From: a bacterium
Lineage (GTDB): Bacteria > Patescibacteriota > Minisyncoccia > Phycocordibacterales > Phycocordibacteraceae
Length of the DNA: 43,460 nucleotides
Direction of reading: 5' to 3'
NCBI GenBank assembly: GCA_021817705.1
Contig: JAKAGB010000001.1
Coordinates: forward strand, 1 to 43,460
Below the pieces are notes generated by a model. That model searched no databases. It was not told where the DNA came from and saw only the letters and a program-made list of their open reading frames with translations. Shown here piece by piece: positions 1 to 8,172 of this stretch. The stretch's first letter is position 1. Every line of letters begins with the position of its first letter. The position numbers and the translations under genes are program-made.

Positions 1-7
1 GCACTGA

Positions 8-358
8 TTATGCGAACCAGCCGAAGCGCTGGACGAAGAATAGGAACGCAAATGCCAGTACAAAAAAGACAAGGAGCGCGATGCCAATCGTCGTGTACGT
101 GTCGTGATACGGGGCAAGGTAGATGACCGCGAGCATATACGGCACCCAGGCGACCAAGGTGCCAACGAGCACGAGTTCGGCATGGTGGCTGAGCGCGGAA
201 CCGCCGCGCGATTCGCCGATGAAGAAGTAGCCGATGAGCGTGAACACCGGCATGAGAGTCGCGAGCCCCGAAAGGAGACGCAACCCGCTTTCCTCGAGAA
301 GCACGATGGCGGTCGTCACGATGCCGCCCGTCACGAAGTAAATGATGATGTTCGTCAT
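8..358 (-). CDS. small polytopic membrane protein (GlpM/DUF3147-like by eye)
   Basis: ORF 8..364 is almost entirely hydrophobic helices. The in-frame ATG at 358 sits 8 nt after a TATACT hexamer (366..371), while the ATG at 364 is only 2 nt after it, so 358 is preferred. Confidence 0.6.
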   Translation of the reverse strand: MTNIIIYFVTGGIVTTAIVLLEESGLRLLSGLATLMPVFTLIGYFFIGESRGGSALSHHAELVLVGTLVAWVPYMLAVIYLAPYHDTYTTIGIALLVFFVLAFAFLFFVQRFGWFA

Positions 359-365
359 GAGCATG

Positions 366-371
366 AGTATA
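366..371 (-). promoter_or_regulatory. -10-like hexamer TATACT upstream of the membrane protein gene (leaderless-type spacing)
   Basis: Minus strand reads AG TATACT C ATG CTC ATG. Confidence 0.4.
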
Positions 372-477
372 CTCGAATCGGACGCGGCTCACGACGTGAT
401 GGATTATTTTGTGCTCCTCGTCGCTCGTGGTGTCGTCTCCGCACGCGCTCATGCGCACGTGAACGGCTCGTTCGCCG

Positions 478-508
478 CATGCGTATGCTATCTGATAGCA
501 TACGCATG
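478..508. repeat. perfect 15+15 bp palindrome with 1-nt centre (CATGCGTATGCTATC t GATAGCATACGCATG)
   Basis: Read directly. The arms 478..492 and 494..508 are exact reverse complements. It lies in the divergent intergenic region between the membrane gene and tRNA-Arg. Confidence 0.9.
493..501 (+). promoter_or_regulatory. extended -10-like TGATAGCAT, candidate tRNA-Arg promoter
   Basis: TGnTAnnnT pattern ending 18 nt before tRNA position 1. It is embedded in the right arm of the palindrome. Confidence 0.4.
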
Positions 509-518
509 TCCTCATTCC

Positions 519-590
519 GCTCTCGTCATTCAATGGATAGGATAGCTCCCTCCGAAGGAGCCAATGTCGGTTCGATTCCGACCGAGAGCA
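519..590 (+). tRNA. tRNA-Arg (anticodon CCG)
   Basis: Hand-folded cloverleaf. Acceptor GCTCTCG/CGAGAGC, D stem ATTC/GGAT, anticodon stem GCTCC/GGAGC with loop CTCCGAA, T arm GTCGG-TTCGATT-CCGAC, discriminator A. CCA is not encoded. Confidence 0.85.
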
Positions 591-594
591 CTAA

Positions 595-636
595 AACGGA
601 AGACGCGCGCCGCTTTAGCGGCGCGCGTCTTCCGTT
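595..636. terminator. 19-bp GC-rich hairpin; bidirectional terminator between tRNA-Arg and rpsT
   Basis: AACGGAAGACGCGCGCCGC ttta GCGGCGCGCGTCTTCCGTT, with A/T runs forming the stem ends. Confidence 0.75.
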
Positions 637-644
637 GTGAGGGC

Positions 645-902
645 TTACGCCGCTTTCAGCATCCGCGCGAGGCGCGCCTTCTTGCGCGACGCCGTATTCT
701 TCGAAATGACGTTGCGCTTCGCAGCCTTGTCAATCGCTTCAAAGGCGGCCGGCAGCAAGGTCGCTGCCTTCGCGTCCTTCGAGGCGACGGCCTTAGTGAA
801 CGCCTTCGTCGAATCGTAGAGCGCGGACTTGCGGCGCAGGTTGAAGACTCGCTTCTTGCGCGAGACGCGGATTGCCTTCTTTGCGGACGAGGTAATTGCC
901 AT
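645..902 (-). CDS. rpsT: 30S ribosomal protein S20
   Basis: 85-aa C-terminal part of ORF 645..1523: MAITSSAKKAIRVSRKKRVFNLRRKS...ASRKKARLARMLKAA. This is a typical S20 sequence. ATG at 902..900. Confidence 0.9.
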   Translation of the reverse strand: MAITSSAKKAIRVSRKKRVFNLRRKSALYDSTKAFTKAVASKDAKAATLLPAAFEAIDKAAKRNVISKNTASRKKARLARMLKAA

Positions 903-944
903 GTGCGACTCACCATACGGCATCGGCTGCTTTTTCGCAAGGAG

Positions 945-953
945 TGGTACGAT
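945..953 (+). promoter_or_regulatory. extended -10 TGGTACGAT, 7 nt before the ruvA ATG (leaderless-type)
   Basis: TGGTACGAT ggtgcc ATG. No SD in the gap. Confidence 0.5.
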
Positions 954-959
954 GGTGCC

Positions 960-1505
960 ATGATTCGGCAGATTAGCGGAACGGTGCTCTCGGTCTCCCC
1001 GGTCGGAGCCGTCATCGAGGTTGCCGGCTTCGGGATGGAAGTGCGCATGAATGCACCCGAGGCGCTCCACGAAGGCACCAAGGCAACCCTTTTTACGCAC
1101 CTCGCAGTAAAGCAGGACGGCATGGAGCTGTATGGATTCGTTGACGCGGCCGATCGAGACTTTTTTGAAAAACTGCTCAGCGTTTCCGGTGTGGGGCCGA
1201 AGACGGCGCTCTCGGTCTTGCGCCGCGGCTCGCGCGAGGCACTCGTGGGTGCCATCGGCAAACGCGACCTCTCCTACCTCACGAAGGTAGTGGGTCTCGG
1301 CAAGAAGAGTGCGGAAAAGATGCTCGTGGAACTTTCGGAAAAAGTGGGAAGCGCGGCGCATGATGACGCCGATGGCGACGTGTTCGACACGCTCGTCGCC
1401 TTGGGTTACACCGAGCGCGAAGCGCGCAAGGCGCTCCAGGCCGTGCCCGACTCCGTTACCGGCAAAGACGCGCGCCTCAAAGCCGCGCTCTCGGCACACG
1501 CATGA
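960..1505 (+). CDS. ruvA: Holliday junction branch migration complex subunit RuvA
   Basis: 181 aa: MIRQISGTV...GFVD..R.FF..L..VSGVGPKTAL..L, then a C-terminal domain LVALGYTEREARKAL. The upstream part of ORF 564..1505 is antisense to rpsT. Confidence 0.93.
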   Translation: MIRQISGTVLSVSPVGAVIEVAGFGMEVRMNAPEALHEGTKATLFTHLAVKQDGMELYGFVDAADRDFFEKLLSVSGVGPKTALSVLRRGSREALVGAIGKRDLSYLTKVVGLGKKSAEKMLVELSEKVGSAAHDDADGDVFDTLVALGYTEREARKALQAVPDSVTGKDARLKAALSAHA

Positions 1506-2764
1506 AGAAACTCCGCCGTGCACTCAAACTTCCCTACCACTACGCGCTCGCGGTTTTTGCGGCCGTGCGCTACGGATTTCCCGCACGGCACATGACGGTA
1601 ATCGGGGTGACGGGCACCAAAGGGAAATCCTCGGTGTCCGACATGCTCCTCGCAATCCTTACCGAGGCGGGCCACAAGACGGCACTCTCCGGAACCATCC
1701 GGTTCGTCGACGGCAACGAGTCGAAACCGAACCTGACCAAGATGAGCTTGCCCGGCCGCGGGTTCATTCAACGATTCCTCGCGCGCGCAAAAAAGAATGG
1801 TTGCACGCATGCCGTCGTCGAGCTGTCGAGCGAGGCGGCGGTGCAGTATCGGCATCTCGGGCTTTTCCTCGATGCACTCGTGTTCACCGGACTCCATAAG
1901 GAGCACTACGAATCACACGGCTCCATGGAGAATTATTTTCAGGCGAAATACCGCATTGCCCGCGCGCTCGTGCGTTCGCCCAAACGCCCACGGGCAATCA
2001 TCGCGAATGCTGATGACCCGTACGGCGTGCGATATCTCGACACGCCGGTCGAGCAGCATCTCCCGTTTACGTATGCCGATGCGCACGATGCGCGCATCAC
2101 CGAAGATGGCATCTCGTTCTCGTATCACGACGTGCGATTTTCGCTTCCACAGCCGGGCCGCTTCAGCATACTGAATGCGCTGGCGGCAATACGCGCCGCA
2201 GAATTCTGCGGCGTTCCGCTTCAAACGGCCGCGCGTGCGCTCGCTCACATCACGGTCATACACGGTCGCGCGGAAAAAATCGACGCCGGACAGGATTTCC
2301 TTGCCGTCGTGGATTACGCACATACGCCGGATTCGCTGCAGGCCCTGTACGACGCATTTCCGAACCGCCGGAAAATCTGCGTGCTCGGCAACACGGGCGG
2401 CGGGCGCGACACCTGGAAGCGACCGGAGATGGGAAAGATTGCGGACGAGGCGTGCGCAGAAGTGTTCCTTACGAACGAAGACCCGTATGACGAAGACCCG
2501 CGTACGATCGTTGACGCTATGGCCGCTAAGATGCAGCGCGCGCCGCGCGTCATCATGGACCGCCGCGAGGCGATACGCGCGGCACTGCGTGCCGCGCGCC
2601 CGGGCGACGCGGTCCTCATTTCCGGCAAGGGCACCGACCCGTTCATCATGGGCGCAAAGGGCGCCAAAGAACCGTGGAGCGACGCGCAGGTGGTGCGGGA
2701 GGAACTGGAACATCTCAAACATTTTCGGCACGAGCAAAATGGCTCGGACGCGAGGCGCTCGTGA
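1502..2764 (+). CDS. murE: Mur ligase family protein (MurE-like UDP-MurNAc-tripeptide synthetase, short N-terminus)
   Basis: VIGVTGTKGKSS P-loop, VVELSSEA, TGLHKEHYESHGSMENYFQAK, DYAHTPDSL, ISGKGTDP. ATGA overlap with the ruvA stop. Confidence 0.8.
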   Translation: MKKLRRALKLPYHYALAVFAAVRYGFPARHMTVIGVTGTKGKSSVSDMLLAILTEAGHKTALSGTIRFVDGNESKPNLTKMSLPGRGFIQRFLARAKKNGCTHAVVELSSEAAVQYRHLGLFLDALVFTGLHKEHYESHGSMENYFQAKYRIARALVRSPKRPRAIIANADDPYGVRYLDTPVEQHLPFTYADAHDARITEDGISFSYHDVRFSLPQPGRFSILNALAAIRAAEFCGVPLQTAARALAHITVIHGRAEKIDAGQDFLAVVDYAHTPDSLQALYDAFPNRRKICVLGNTGGGRDTWKRPEMGKIADEACAEVFLTNEDPYDEDPRTIVDAMAAKMQRAPRVIMDRREAIRAALRAARPGDAVLISGKGTDPFIMGAKGAKEPWSDAQVVREELEHLKHFRHEQNGSDARRS

Positions 2765-2853
2765 GCACCGAAACGAGCCGCATTGGATATACGGTGAGTG
2801 AGGAGCGGAACGAGCAACGACGCAGGCGAGGTGTTTGGCCGTGCCCTCTCGCC

Positions 2854-2862
2854 TGCTAGAAT
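2854..2862 (+). promoter_or_regulatory. extended -10 TGCTAGAAT, 8 nt before ATG 2870
   Basis: TGCTAGAAT actcttc ATG. Confidence 0.5.
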
Positions 2863-2869
2863 ACTCTTC

Positions 2870-3808
2870 ATGCACGACGCCTGGTTTTTCATTGGTATCT
2901 TCGCGTTCATCTTTTTGCTCTGGATAGCGACCGGAGGCCCTTCGCACCCGCTCGCCTTTTCGGTGCCGACGCTCTCCGGCACCCCGGGCACGGGGAGCGG
3001 TTCGTTCATATCGCTGCCGCGTGCGCCATTCAGTATCGGCGGCTCTGGCGTATCGCTTCCGGGTTCTTCAAACGGGGCGAGTACCGCACAGGAGCCCGCG
3101 GCACCGGCACCCGGCGTCCCTTTCGGCACCCCGTCGCCATACCGCGGCCTCGTCTCCCTTTCGCACTACGTTTCGGGCGCAGGCAGCGACCCCGCACAAG
3201 AAGAAATAACGCTCTCAGTAAACAGCAGCGCATCCACGCCGGTCGACCTTTCGGGTTGGACGCTCGAAAGCCAGGTGACGGGCAACGCATCGGTGATTCC
3301 GCAGGGTGCCGAAACGCCGACCTCGGGCATAGTGAATGCGGTCGCGGACATCGTGCTCGAGCCCGGCGAATCCGCCGACATCATCTCCGGCCGTTCGCCT
3401 ATCGGCGGCTCGTTCCGCGAAAATAAATGCATCGGCTACTTCGGCCAGTTCCAGAAATTTTCGCCGATGCTGCCCCTGAACTGCCCGAGCGCATCGAGCG
3501 AACTTTCGAGTCAGTACGGCGACAGCTACTACATCCGCGACACCTCGTGCATCGACTACGTTTCAAACCTTTCGCGCTGCGAAGCGGTGCTCTCGCCGCC
3601 CACGACCCTTTCGGGCGCGTGCCAGTCGTTCCTGGTGAAGGCGCTCAATTACAATGGCTGCGTGCAGGCGCACCAGAACGATAGCGATTTCCTCGGCAGT
3701 ACGTGGCGCATCTACCTCGGCCGCACGACGCCGCTCTTCCGCTCGACGCGCGAGGTGGTGGAGCTACTCGACAAGCAGGGTCGCACCGTCGACGCATTCT
3801 CGTACTGA
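2870..3808 (+). CDS. membrane-anchored lamin-tail-domain (LTD)-like protein with Cys-rich C-terminal region
   Basis: In-frame ATG inside ORF 2798..3808. N-terminal TM helix WFFIGIFAFIFLLWIA. An LTD-like stretch EEITLSVNSSASTPVDLSGWTLES. Six Cys in the C-terminal half. Confidence 0.6.
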   Translation: MHDAWFFIGIFAFIFLLWIATGGPSHPLAFSVPTLSGTPGTGSGSFISLPRAPFSIGGSGVSLPGSSNGASTAQEPAAPAPGVPFGTPSPYRGLVSLSHYVSGAGSDPAQEEITLSVNSSASTPVDLSGWTLESQVTGNASVIPQGAETPTSGIVNAVADIVLEPGESADIISGRSPIGGSFRENKCIGYFGQFQKFSPMLPLNCPSASSELSSQYGDSYYIRDTSCIDYVSNLSRCEAVLSPPTTLSGACQSFLVKALNYNGCVQAHQNDSDFLGSTWRIYLGRTTPLFRSTREVVELLDKQGRTVDAFSY

Positions 3809-3871
3809 ACCGCAGAAAATCACGAGCTGCCGCATAGCGTTTTTGTGAGAAAATGGTAAAACGATTGCACA

Positions 3872-3895
3872 CCCCTATACGTAAGCGTATAGGGG
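3872..3895 (+). terminator. 10-bp hairpin CCCCTATACG taag CGTATAGGGG downstream of the LTD gene
   Basis: Read directly. No clear U-tract. Confidence 0.35.
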
Positions 3896-3907
3896 ACTCG
3901 TTCGGCG

Positions 3908-3940
3908 TAAAAGAATATTGCAGAAGCCAATATTCTTTTA
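3908..3940. repeat. 13-bp AT-rich inverted repeat TAAAAGAATATTG cagaagc CAATATTCTTTTA just upstream of tRNA-Lys
   Basis: Read directly. The right arm contains TATTCT, a possible -10 for tRNA-Lys. Confidence 0.8.
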
Positions 3941-3950
3941 TCCTCACTTC

Positions 3951-4021
3951 GCCCCTATAGCTCAATGGTAGAGCAACGGCCTTTTAAGCCGCTGACCTTG
4001 GTCCGATTCCAAGTGGGGGCA
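3951..4021 (+). tRNA. tRNA-Lys (anticodon UUU)
   Basis: Hand-folded. Acceptor GCCCCTA/TGGGGGC, D arm GCTC-AATGGTA-GAGC, anticodon loop CTTTTAA, T arm CTTGG-TCCGATT-CCAAG, discriminator A. One A-C mismatch at the top of the anticodon stem. CCA is not encoded. Confidence 0.8.
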
Positions 4022-4024
4022 CAT

Positions 4025-4627
4025 ATGATTGACTGGCACACATTAGTAGGAGCGGCTGCGACGATTGTAATGTTCGTGCTCCTGGTTCCGTATATCCGGA
4101 GCATCTTAAAGGAAGATACACGCCCAAACCCGGTCTCATGGTTTGGCTGGACGCTTTTGTACGGCATCGCGGCAGTGGCGCAAGCTTCGCAAGGTTTCGA
4201 TTGGTCACTCGCTATTCCGGCAATCGGAACCGTAAGCACTGGAGTCGTCGGGTTTGTGGCACTTCGCACCGGTAAAGCTATGTGGACGAAGATTGACCGG
4301 TTCAGCATCACCGTAGCGATACTCGCAATCGTTTTGTGGGTGATTACGAAAGAACCGCTCACTGCCCTTGTGCTCAGCATCATTGCTGACCTCGCCGTGA
4401 GTCTGCCAACCCTGTACAAGACGTACACGCAACCGTTCTCCGAACCATGGCTCCTGTGGGTTATCTATTCGACAGCAGTTGCGCTTGAGTTGCTTGCGAC
4501 CACTCACCTGACCATCTATAACCTGCTTGTGCCGGTATATTCTTTCGGCGTCGATGTGCTTATCACGCTGTTCTCTTTGCGACAATTTCTCATAAAAAGA
4601 CCGGGCGAGATTGATTCATTAAATTGA
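4025..4627 (+). CDS. polytopic membrane protein with two PQ-loop-like internal repeats (SWEET/PQ-loop-like, tentative)
   Basis: ATG 3 nt after the tRNA discriminator. Six or seven hydrophobic helices. Repeated motif LVPYIRSILKEDTRPNPVSW / SLPTLYKTYTQPFSEPWLLW. Visibly lower G+C than the neighbouring genes. Confidence 0.6.
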   Translation: MIDWHTLVGAAATIVMFVLLVPYIRSILKEDTRPNPVSWFGWTLLYGIAAVAQASQGFDWSLAIPAIGTVSTGVVGFVALRTGKAMWTKIDRFSITVAILAIVLWVITKEPLTALVLSIIADLAVSLPTLYKTYTQPFSEPWLLWVIYSTAVALELLATTHLTIYNLLVPVYSFGVDVLITLFSLRQFLIKRPGEIDSLN

Positions 4628-5311
4628 AAGCGCGAAGCGCTCGAGTTCGAGAGCAAGGTCGAGGCCTTTGCGGCGGGATTCGACGAGGAGCGCGATGAGG
4701 CGCACAGAGAGCGCGCGAGCGTCGGCCTTTGGCCACGCTCGCGCGCTCTTTTGCATGAGATCGCGCGCCTTCCAGTGAAGGAGGCCTTGGAGCATCTCGG
4801 GCGCATCGCCCGCGCGCAGTGCGCGCACCACCTCGAGCCAGAGCTTCTCGCGCGAGCGCGACGCGAGCGCGTTTACGAGCGCGGAGTTGAAGCCGCGCGT
4901 CGCGACGCCTCGCGCGGGCACATCGTACGCGTACGTCTTTGCCGCCTTCGCCGCGAGCTTCTTCGCTTTCACCGCCGGCAATTTCGGCGCGAGAATCACG
5001 ATGGCGTTGTCGCTCTTCGCGAGCGCATCGAGCGCATCATCGATGTAGGACATATCATGTCCTACATCGGAATCGGTGTCTTCGCCCGCGCCGCGAAGCG
5101 GCGCGGGGAATGGGTCATCAAGGAGCACGAGAAGTCTCTTCACAAAAAGCCCGCCCGAAAGCGCCGCTTCCTCGAGCGCGGAGGCAGAAAGTTCTTCGCG
5201 TGCGAGGCGCGCGTATGCGAGGTTCGGCTCCTTTGCACGTGCCGCAGCAATCCACGCGAACGCTTTCCCGCGCACCTTGCTCGCATCGGTGCCGTGGAAA
5301 AGGAAAATCAT
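4619..5311 (-). CDS. holA: DNA polymerase III delta subunit-like (HolA-like, short form)
   Basis: MIFLFHGTDASK... N-terminus and overall helical Ala/Leu-rich pattern. Start overlaps the polA stop (ATGA). Assignment by eye only. Confidence 0.55.
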   Translation of the reverse strand: MIFLFHGTDASKVRGKAFAWIAAARAKEPNLAYARLAREELSASALEEAALSGGLFVKRLLVLLDDPFPAPLRGAGEDTDSDVGHDMSYIDDALDALAKSDNAIVILAPKLPAVKAKKLAAKAAKTYAYDVPARGVATRGFNSALVNALASRSREKLWLEVVRALRAGDAPEMLQGLLHWKARDLMQKSARAWPKADARALSVRLIALLVESRRKGLDLALELERFALSI

Positions 5312-7686
5312 AGCGGCTCGAGCTCGCCCCAGTTCTTCCCTGCTTTACCTTGCGCGATGATGGGCACGCCACGCGCATGCTCGGCTGGAAGCGCGTGTTC
5401 CATGATTTCTTTGATGCGCGCGCCGAGCGAAGCGAGGCGCGTCTCACGGATTTCGTACACGAGCTCGTCGTGCACCTGGAGCAAGAGATGCGCATCGTCG
5501 CGCGCACCTTCCGCCTCGAGCATCGCGTCGGCTTCCACCATCGCGAGCTTGATGACGTCTGACTGCGTGCCTTGAATCGGCGCGTTTATGGCCATGCGCT
5601 CCGCCTGCGCACGCACATATGGCAGGGGTGATTTCATTTCCGGGAATTGCCGGCGGCGGCCGAACAGGGTTTCCGTGTAGCCGTGCTTGCGCGCGAAGCC
5701 CTTCGTCGATTCAAGGTATTCCGCGAGTGTCTTGAAGGTGTGGAAGTAGTCGTCGAGGAACTGATGCGCTTCGGCAGTGGTGCTGCCCAGCTGCTGCCGG
5801 AGTGCATTCGCTCCCATGCCATAGAGGATGCCGAAATTTATGACCTTCGCACGCCGACGCATCTCGATGGTCACCTCGTCGGGCTCGACCCCGAACACCA
5901 TGGCCGCTACCTCGCGGTGCACGTCGCGGCCATGAATGAACACCTCGCACAGCTTTTCGTCGCCGGAGAGTATCGCCGCGAGCCGCAGTTCTATCTGCGA
6001 ATAGTCGAGCGAAAGGAGCTGGAATCCTTCGGGTGCCACGAATGCATGACGAATCGCCTTCCCGCGCTCCGAGTGGAGCGGGATATTCTGCAGGTTCGGA
6101 TTCTGGCTCGCCATGCGGCCGGTCGAGGTGCCGGTCTGGAGGAATTCGGCGTGCAGCCGACCGTCTTTGTCCAAGAGCGGCGGCAAGTTCTCGATGTAGG
6201 TGCCGAGGAGCTTCTTCACCTCGCGATACTCGAGCACGAGGTCGATGATTGCGTGCTGCCCGCGCAGCTTGGCGAGCTCGCTCTCTTTGGTCGAACGCTG
6301 ACCGGTCGCGGTGCGCTTTTGCCGGGCGCCATTCTCTGGCACGAGCTTGAGCTCGTCGAAGAGCACTTCGCCGAGCTGTTTGGGCGAAGAGATATTGAAC
6401 TCGCGCCCCGCAGCCTTGAATATCTTTTTCTCAAGCTGGTCGAGTTCGGCGCCGTAGTCTTTCGCGAGCTTCGCGAGCGTCTTCGCGTCTACCGATATCC
6501 CCGTCTCTTCCATGCGCGCAACGACCGGAATGAGGGGCTTCTCGATTTTTTCGTACACCTCACGCACGCGACCGAGCTTATCGAGTTCCGTTTCGAGCTT
6601 CGCGTAGGCCGCATCGAAATCGCGCTCCTTCGTGAAGGCAAGCACGTCATCCAAGGACGGATTCGTGAACTCGGAAGAGATGAGCCAGAGCATCACCGCC
6701 GCCTCTTTGAGGCGTTCGGGGTCTACCGCGGCTGCGTTCGCAGCGTCCTCTGCCATTTCGGCTTCGACGTCGGCACGTTCGGCGAGCGCAAGGATGCGCG
6801 CGCGGAGCGAACGGAATCCGTAGGTGTCGCACAAGGCGAGGGCCATCTTCGGATTGAATCCTTCTTTCCAGAGCTTTGGCGGCAGCGCATAGGCGATGGG
6901 AGCATCGCGGCGGATCGTGGCAAGCGCGAGGCTGAACCGCGCATCCTCTTCGTGCTCTTTGAGGAGCGCGAGCACGCGCGGCTTTATGCCTTTTTTCGTG
7001 AACGTCGCGTCGCCCTTCGCGAGCTTCGCGTAGATTTCTTCGATGCCGCCGAACTGCGTGACGAGTTCGGTTGCGCTCTTTTCGCCGATTCCCGGCACGC
7101 CTTTTATATTGTCGGACGGATCGCCGCGAAGCCCTTTGTAGTCGGGAATGAGCGCGGGCGGGAATCCGAACCGCTCCTTCACGCCTTTTTCGTCGTACAG
7201 GATCGTGTCGCTCATGCCTTTCTTGAGCGTGTACACCATGACGCGACGATCGTCGACGAGCTGCAGCGTGTCCATGTCGCCCGAAGCGATGATGACCTCG
7301 AGGTCTTTTTCGGTTTTCATTTCTTCGGCGATGGTGCCGAGCAGGTCGTCGGCTTCGAATCCTTTGCGCTCGTAGCACGGGATGTTGAACGCCTTGAACA
7401 CTTCGCGCGAAGACGCGAGCTGCGAGACGAGCGCATCCTCGAGCTTTGCGCGCGTACCTTTGTATTCTTCGTAGGCTTCGTGGCGCACCGTGGGGCCCGG
7501 CAGGTCGTAGCAGGCGGCCAGGTAGTCCGGCCGCAGGTCGGCGATGAGTTTTATGAGCATCGCGGTGAGACCATAGAGCGCGTTCGTCGGCTCGCCGTTC
7601 GGCCCCGTGAACGAGGGCGGCAGCGCGTGGTAGGCGCGGTGAATTATCGCGTGCGCATCGAGGAGTACGAGCCGTTTCTTAGCCAT
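5308..7686 (-). CDS. polA: DNA polymerase I (5'-3' exonuclease plus polymerase domains)
   Basis: KRLVLLDAHAIIHRAYHA, GVPGIGEKSA, motif A LLSLDYSQIELR, RRRAKVINFGILYGM, motif C QVHDEL. ATG at 7686 is preferred over the ORF start at 7794. Confidence 0.95.
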   Translation of the reverse strand: MAKKRLVLLDAHAIIHRAYHALPPSFTGPNGEPTNALYGLTAMLIKLIADLRPDYLAACYDLPGPTVRHEAYEEYKGTRAKLEDALVSQLASSREVFKAFNIPCYERKGFEADDLLGTIAEEMKTEKDLEVIIASGDMDTLQLVDDRRVMVYTLKKGMSDTILYDEKGVKERFGFPPALIPDYKGLRGDPSDNIKGVPGIGEKSATELVTQFGGIEEIYAKLAKGDATFTKKGIKPRVLALLKEHEEDARFSLALATIRRDAPIAYALPPKLWKEGFNPKMALALCDTYGFRSLRARILALAERADVEAEMAEDAANAAAVDPERLKEAAVMLWLISSEFTNPSLDDVLAFTKERDFDAAYAKLETELDKLGRVREVYEKIEKPLIPVVARMEETGISVDAKTLAKLAKDYGAELDQLEKKIFKAAGREFNISSPKQLGEVLFDELKLVPENGARQKRTATGQRSTKESELAKLRGQHAIIDLVLEYREVKKLLGTYIENLPPLLDKDGRLHAEFLQTGTSTGRMASQNPNLQNIPLHSERGKAIRHAFVAPEGFQLLSLDYSQIELRLAAILSGDEKLCEVFIHGRDVHREVAAMVFGVEPDEVTIEMRRRAKVINFGILYGMGANALRQQLGSTTAEAHQFLDDYFHTFKTLAEYLESTKGFARKHGYTETLFGRRRQFPEMKSPLPYVRAQAERMAINAPIQGTQSDVIKLAMVEADAMLEAEGARDDAHLLLQVHDELVYEIRETRLASLGARIKEIMEHALPAEHARGVPIIAQGKAGKNWGELEPL

Positions 7687-7691
7687 CTCCC

Positions 7692-8144
7692 CTATTGTAC
7701 CGAAAAAGTGAGGGTTCGCCCGCCGGCTGGACGAGACTGGATGCGTACGGCCGCAGAGGGGGCCGGAAGTCCGTCGGCGACCTGTTCTGGCCACTCGAGG
7801 AACACGAGATTCCCGGGGTCGCGCATGAGCTCGTCAAAGCCTAGGGCGCTGAGGTCGCTGCCCCGCTCGAGGCGGTAGGCGTCGATGTGTATGAGCCGCG
7901 AAAATCCGGCTTCGCCGGATTTTCGCGGCAATGCATAAATCTTTTCCAGCACGAAGGTCGGGCTGTTCACGGTCTCTGTGATGCCGAGCTCCCTAGCTGC
8001 CGCTTTTACGAACGCGGTCTTTCCTGCCCCGAGTTCACCCGAGAGCGTTATGAGGGTTGCTTCATGCGCGCGCGGCCGAAGGCCGCGCGCGAATTCCGCC
8101 GCGATGTCTTCAAACGTACGAAGCGTCTCCGCCGTTTTCTCCAT
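7692..8144 (-). CDS. tsaE: tRNA t6A37 biosynthesis ATPase TsaE
   Basis: LSGELGAGKTAFVK P-loop, SPTF, HIDAYRL. 150 aa. Confidence 0.9.
   Translation of the reverse strand: MEKTAETLRTFEDIAAEFARGLRPRAHEATLITLSGELGAGKTAFVKAAARELGITETVNSPTFVLEKIYALPRKSGEAGFSRLIHIDAYRLERGSDLSALGFDELMRDPGNLVFLEWPEQVADGLPAPSAAVRIQSRPAGGRTLTFSVQ
7694..7699 (-). promoter_or_regulatory. -10-like TACAAT, 8 nt before the polA ATG, overlapping the tsaE stop codon
   Basis: Minus strand reads GG TACAAT aggggag ATG. Confidence 0.4.
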
Positions 8145-8150
8145 GCCGCC

Positions 8151-8156
8151 ACTCTA
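8151..8156 (-). promoter_or_regulatory. -10-like TAGAGT, 7 nt before the tsaE ATG
   Basis: Minus strand reads CGG TAGAGT ggcggc ATG. Confidence 0.45.
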
Positions 8157-8172
8157 CCGCGCAAATAAGAAT

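Noticed and set aside
564-959. N-terminal 132-codon extension of the ruvA ORF, and the 645..1523 extension of the rpsT ORF
   Set aside because: The ruvA extension runs through the terminator hairpin and antisense to rpsT. The rpsT extension is antisense to ruvA. The internal ATGs give proteins of canonical length, and the ruvA ATG has a -10 element 7 nt upstream.
3872-3960. Shared CCCCTATA between the first hairpin and the 5' end of tRNA-Lys, considered as an att-like direct repeat of an integrated element
   Set aside because: The match is only 8-9 nt and involves the tRNA 5' end. Integration-generated repeats normally duplicate the 3' part of the tRNA. No integrase is adjacent.
3965-4024. 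Upstream 20 codons of ORF 3965..4627
   Set aside because: They lie entirely within the tRNA-Lys gene. The ATG at 4025 precedes the first TM helix.
5647-7878. 743-aa plus-strand ORF, the longest alternative frame in the window
   Set aside because: It lies exactly antisense to polA and tsaE, both of which have unmistakable family motifs. Its translation is Arg/Glu/Gly/Leu-rich low-complexity sequence with no motif. This is a typical stop-poor antisense frame in G+C-rich DNA.
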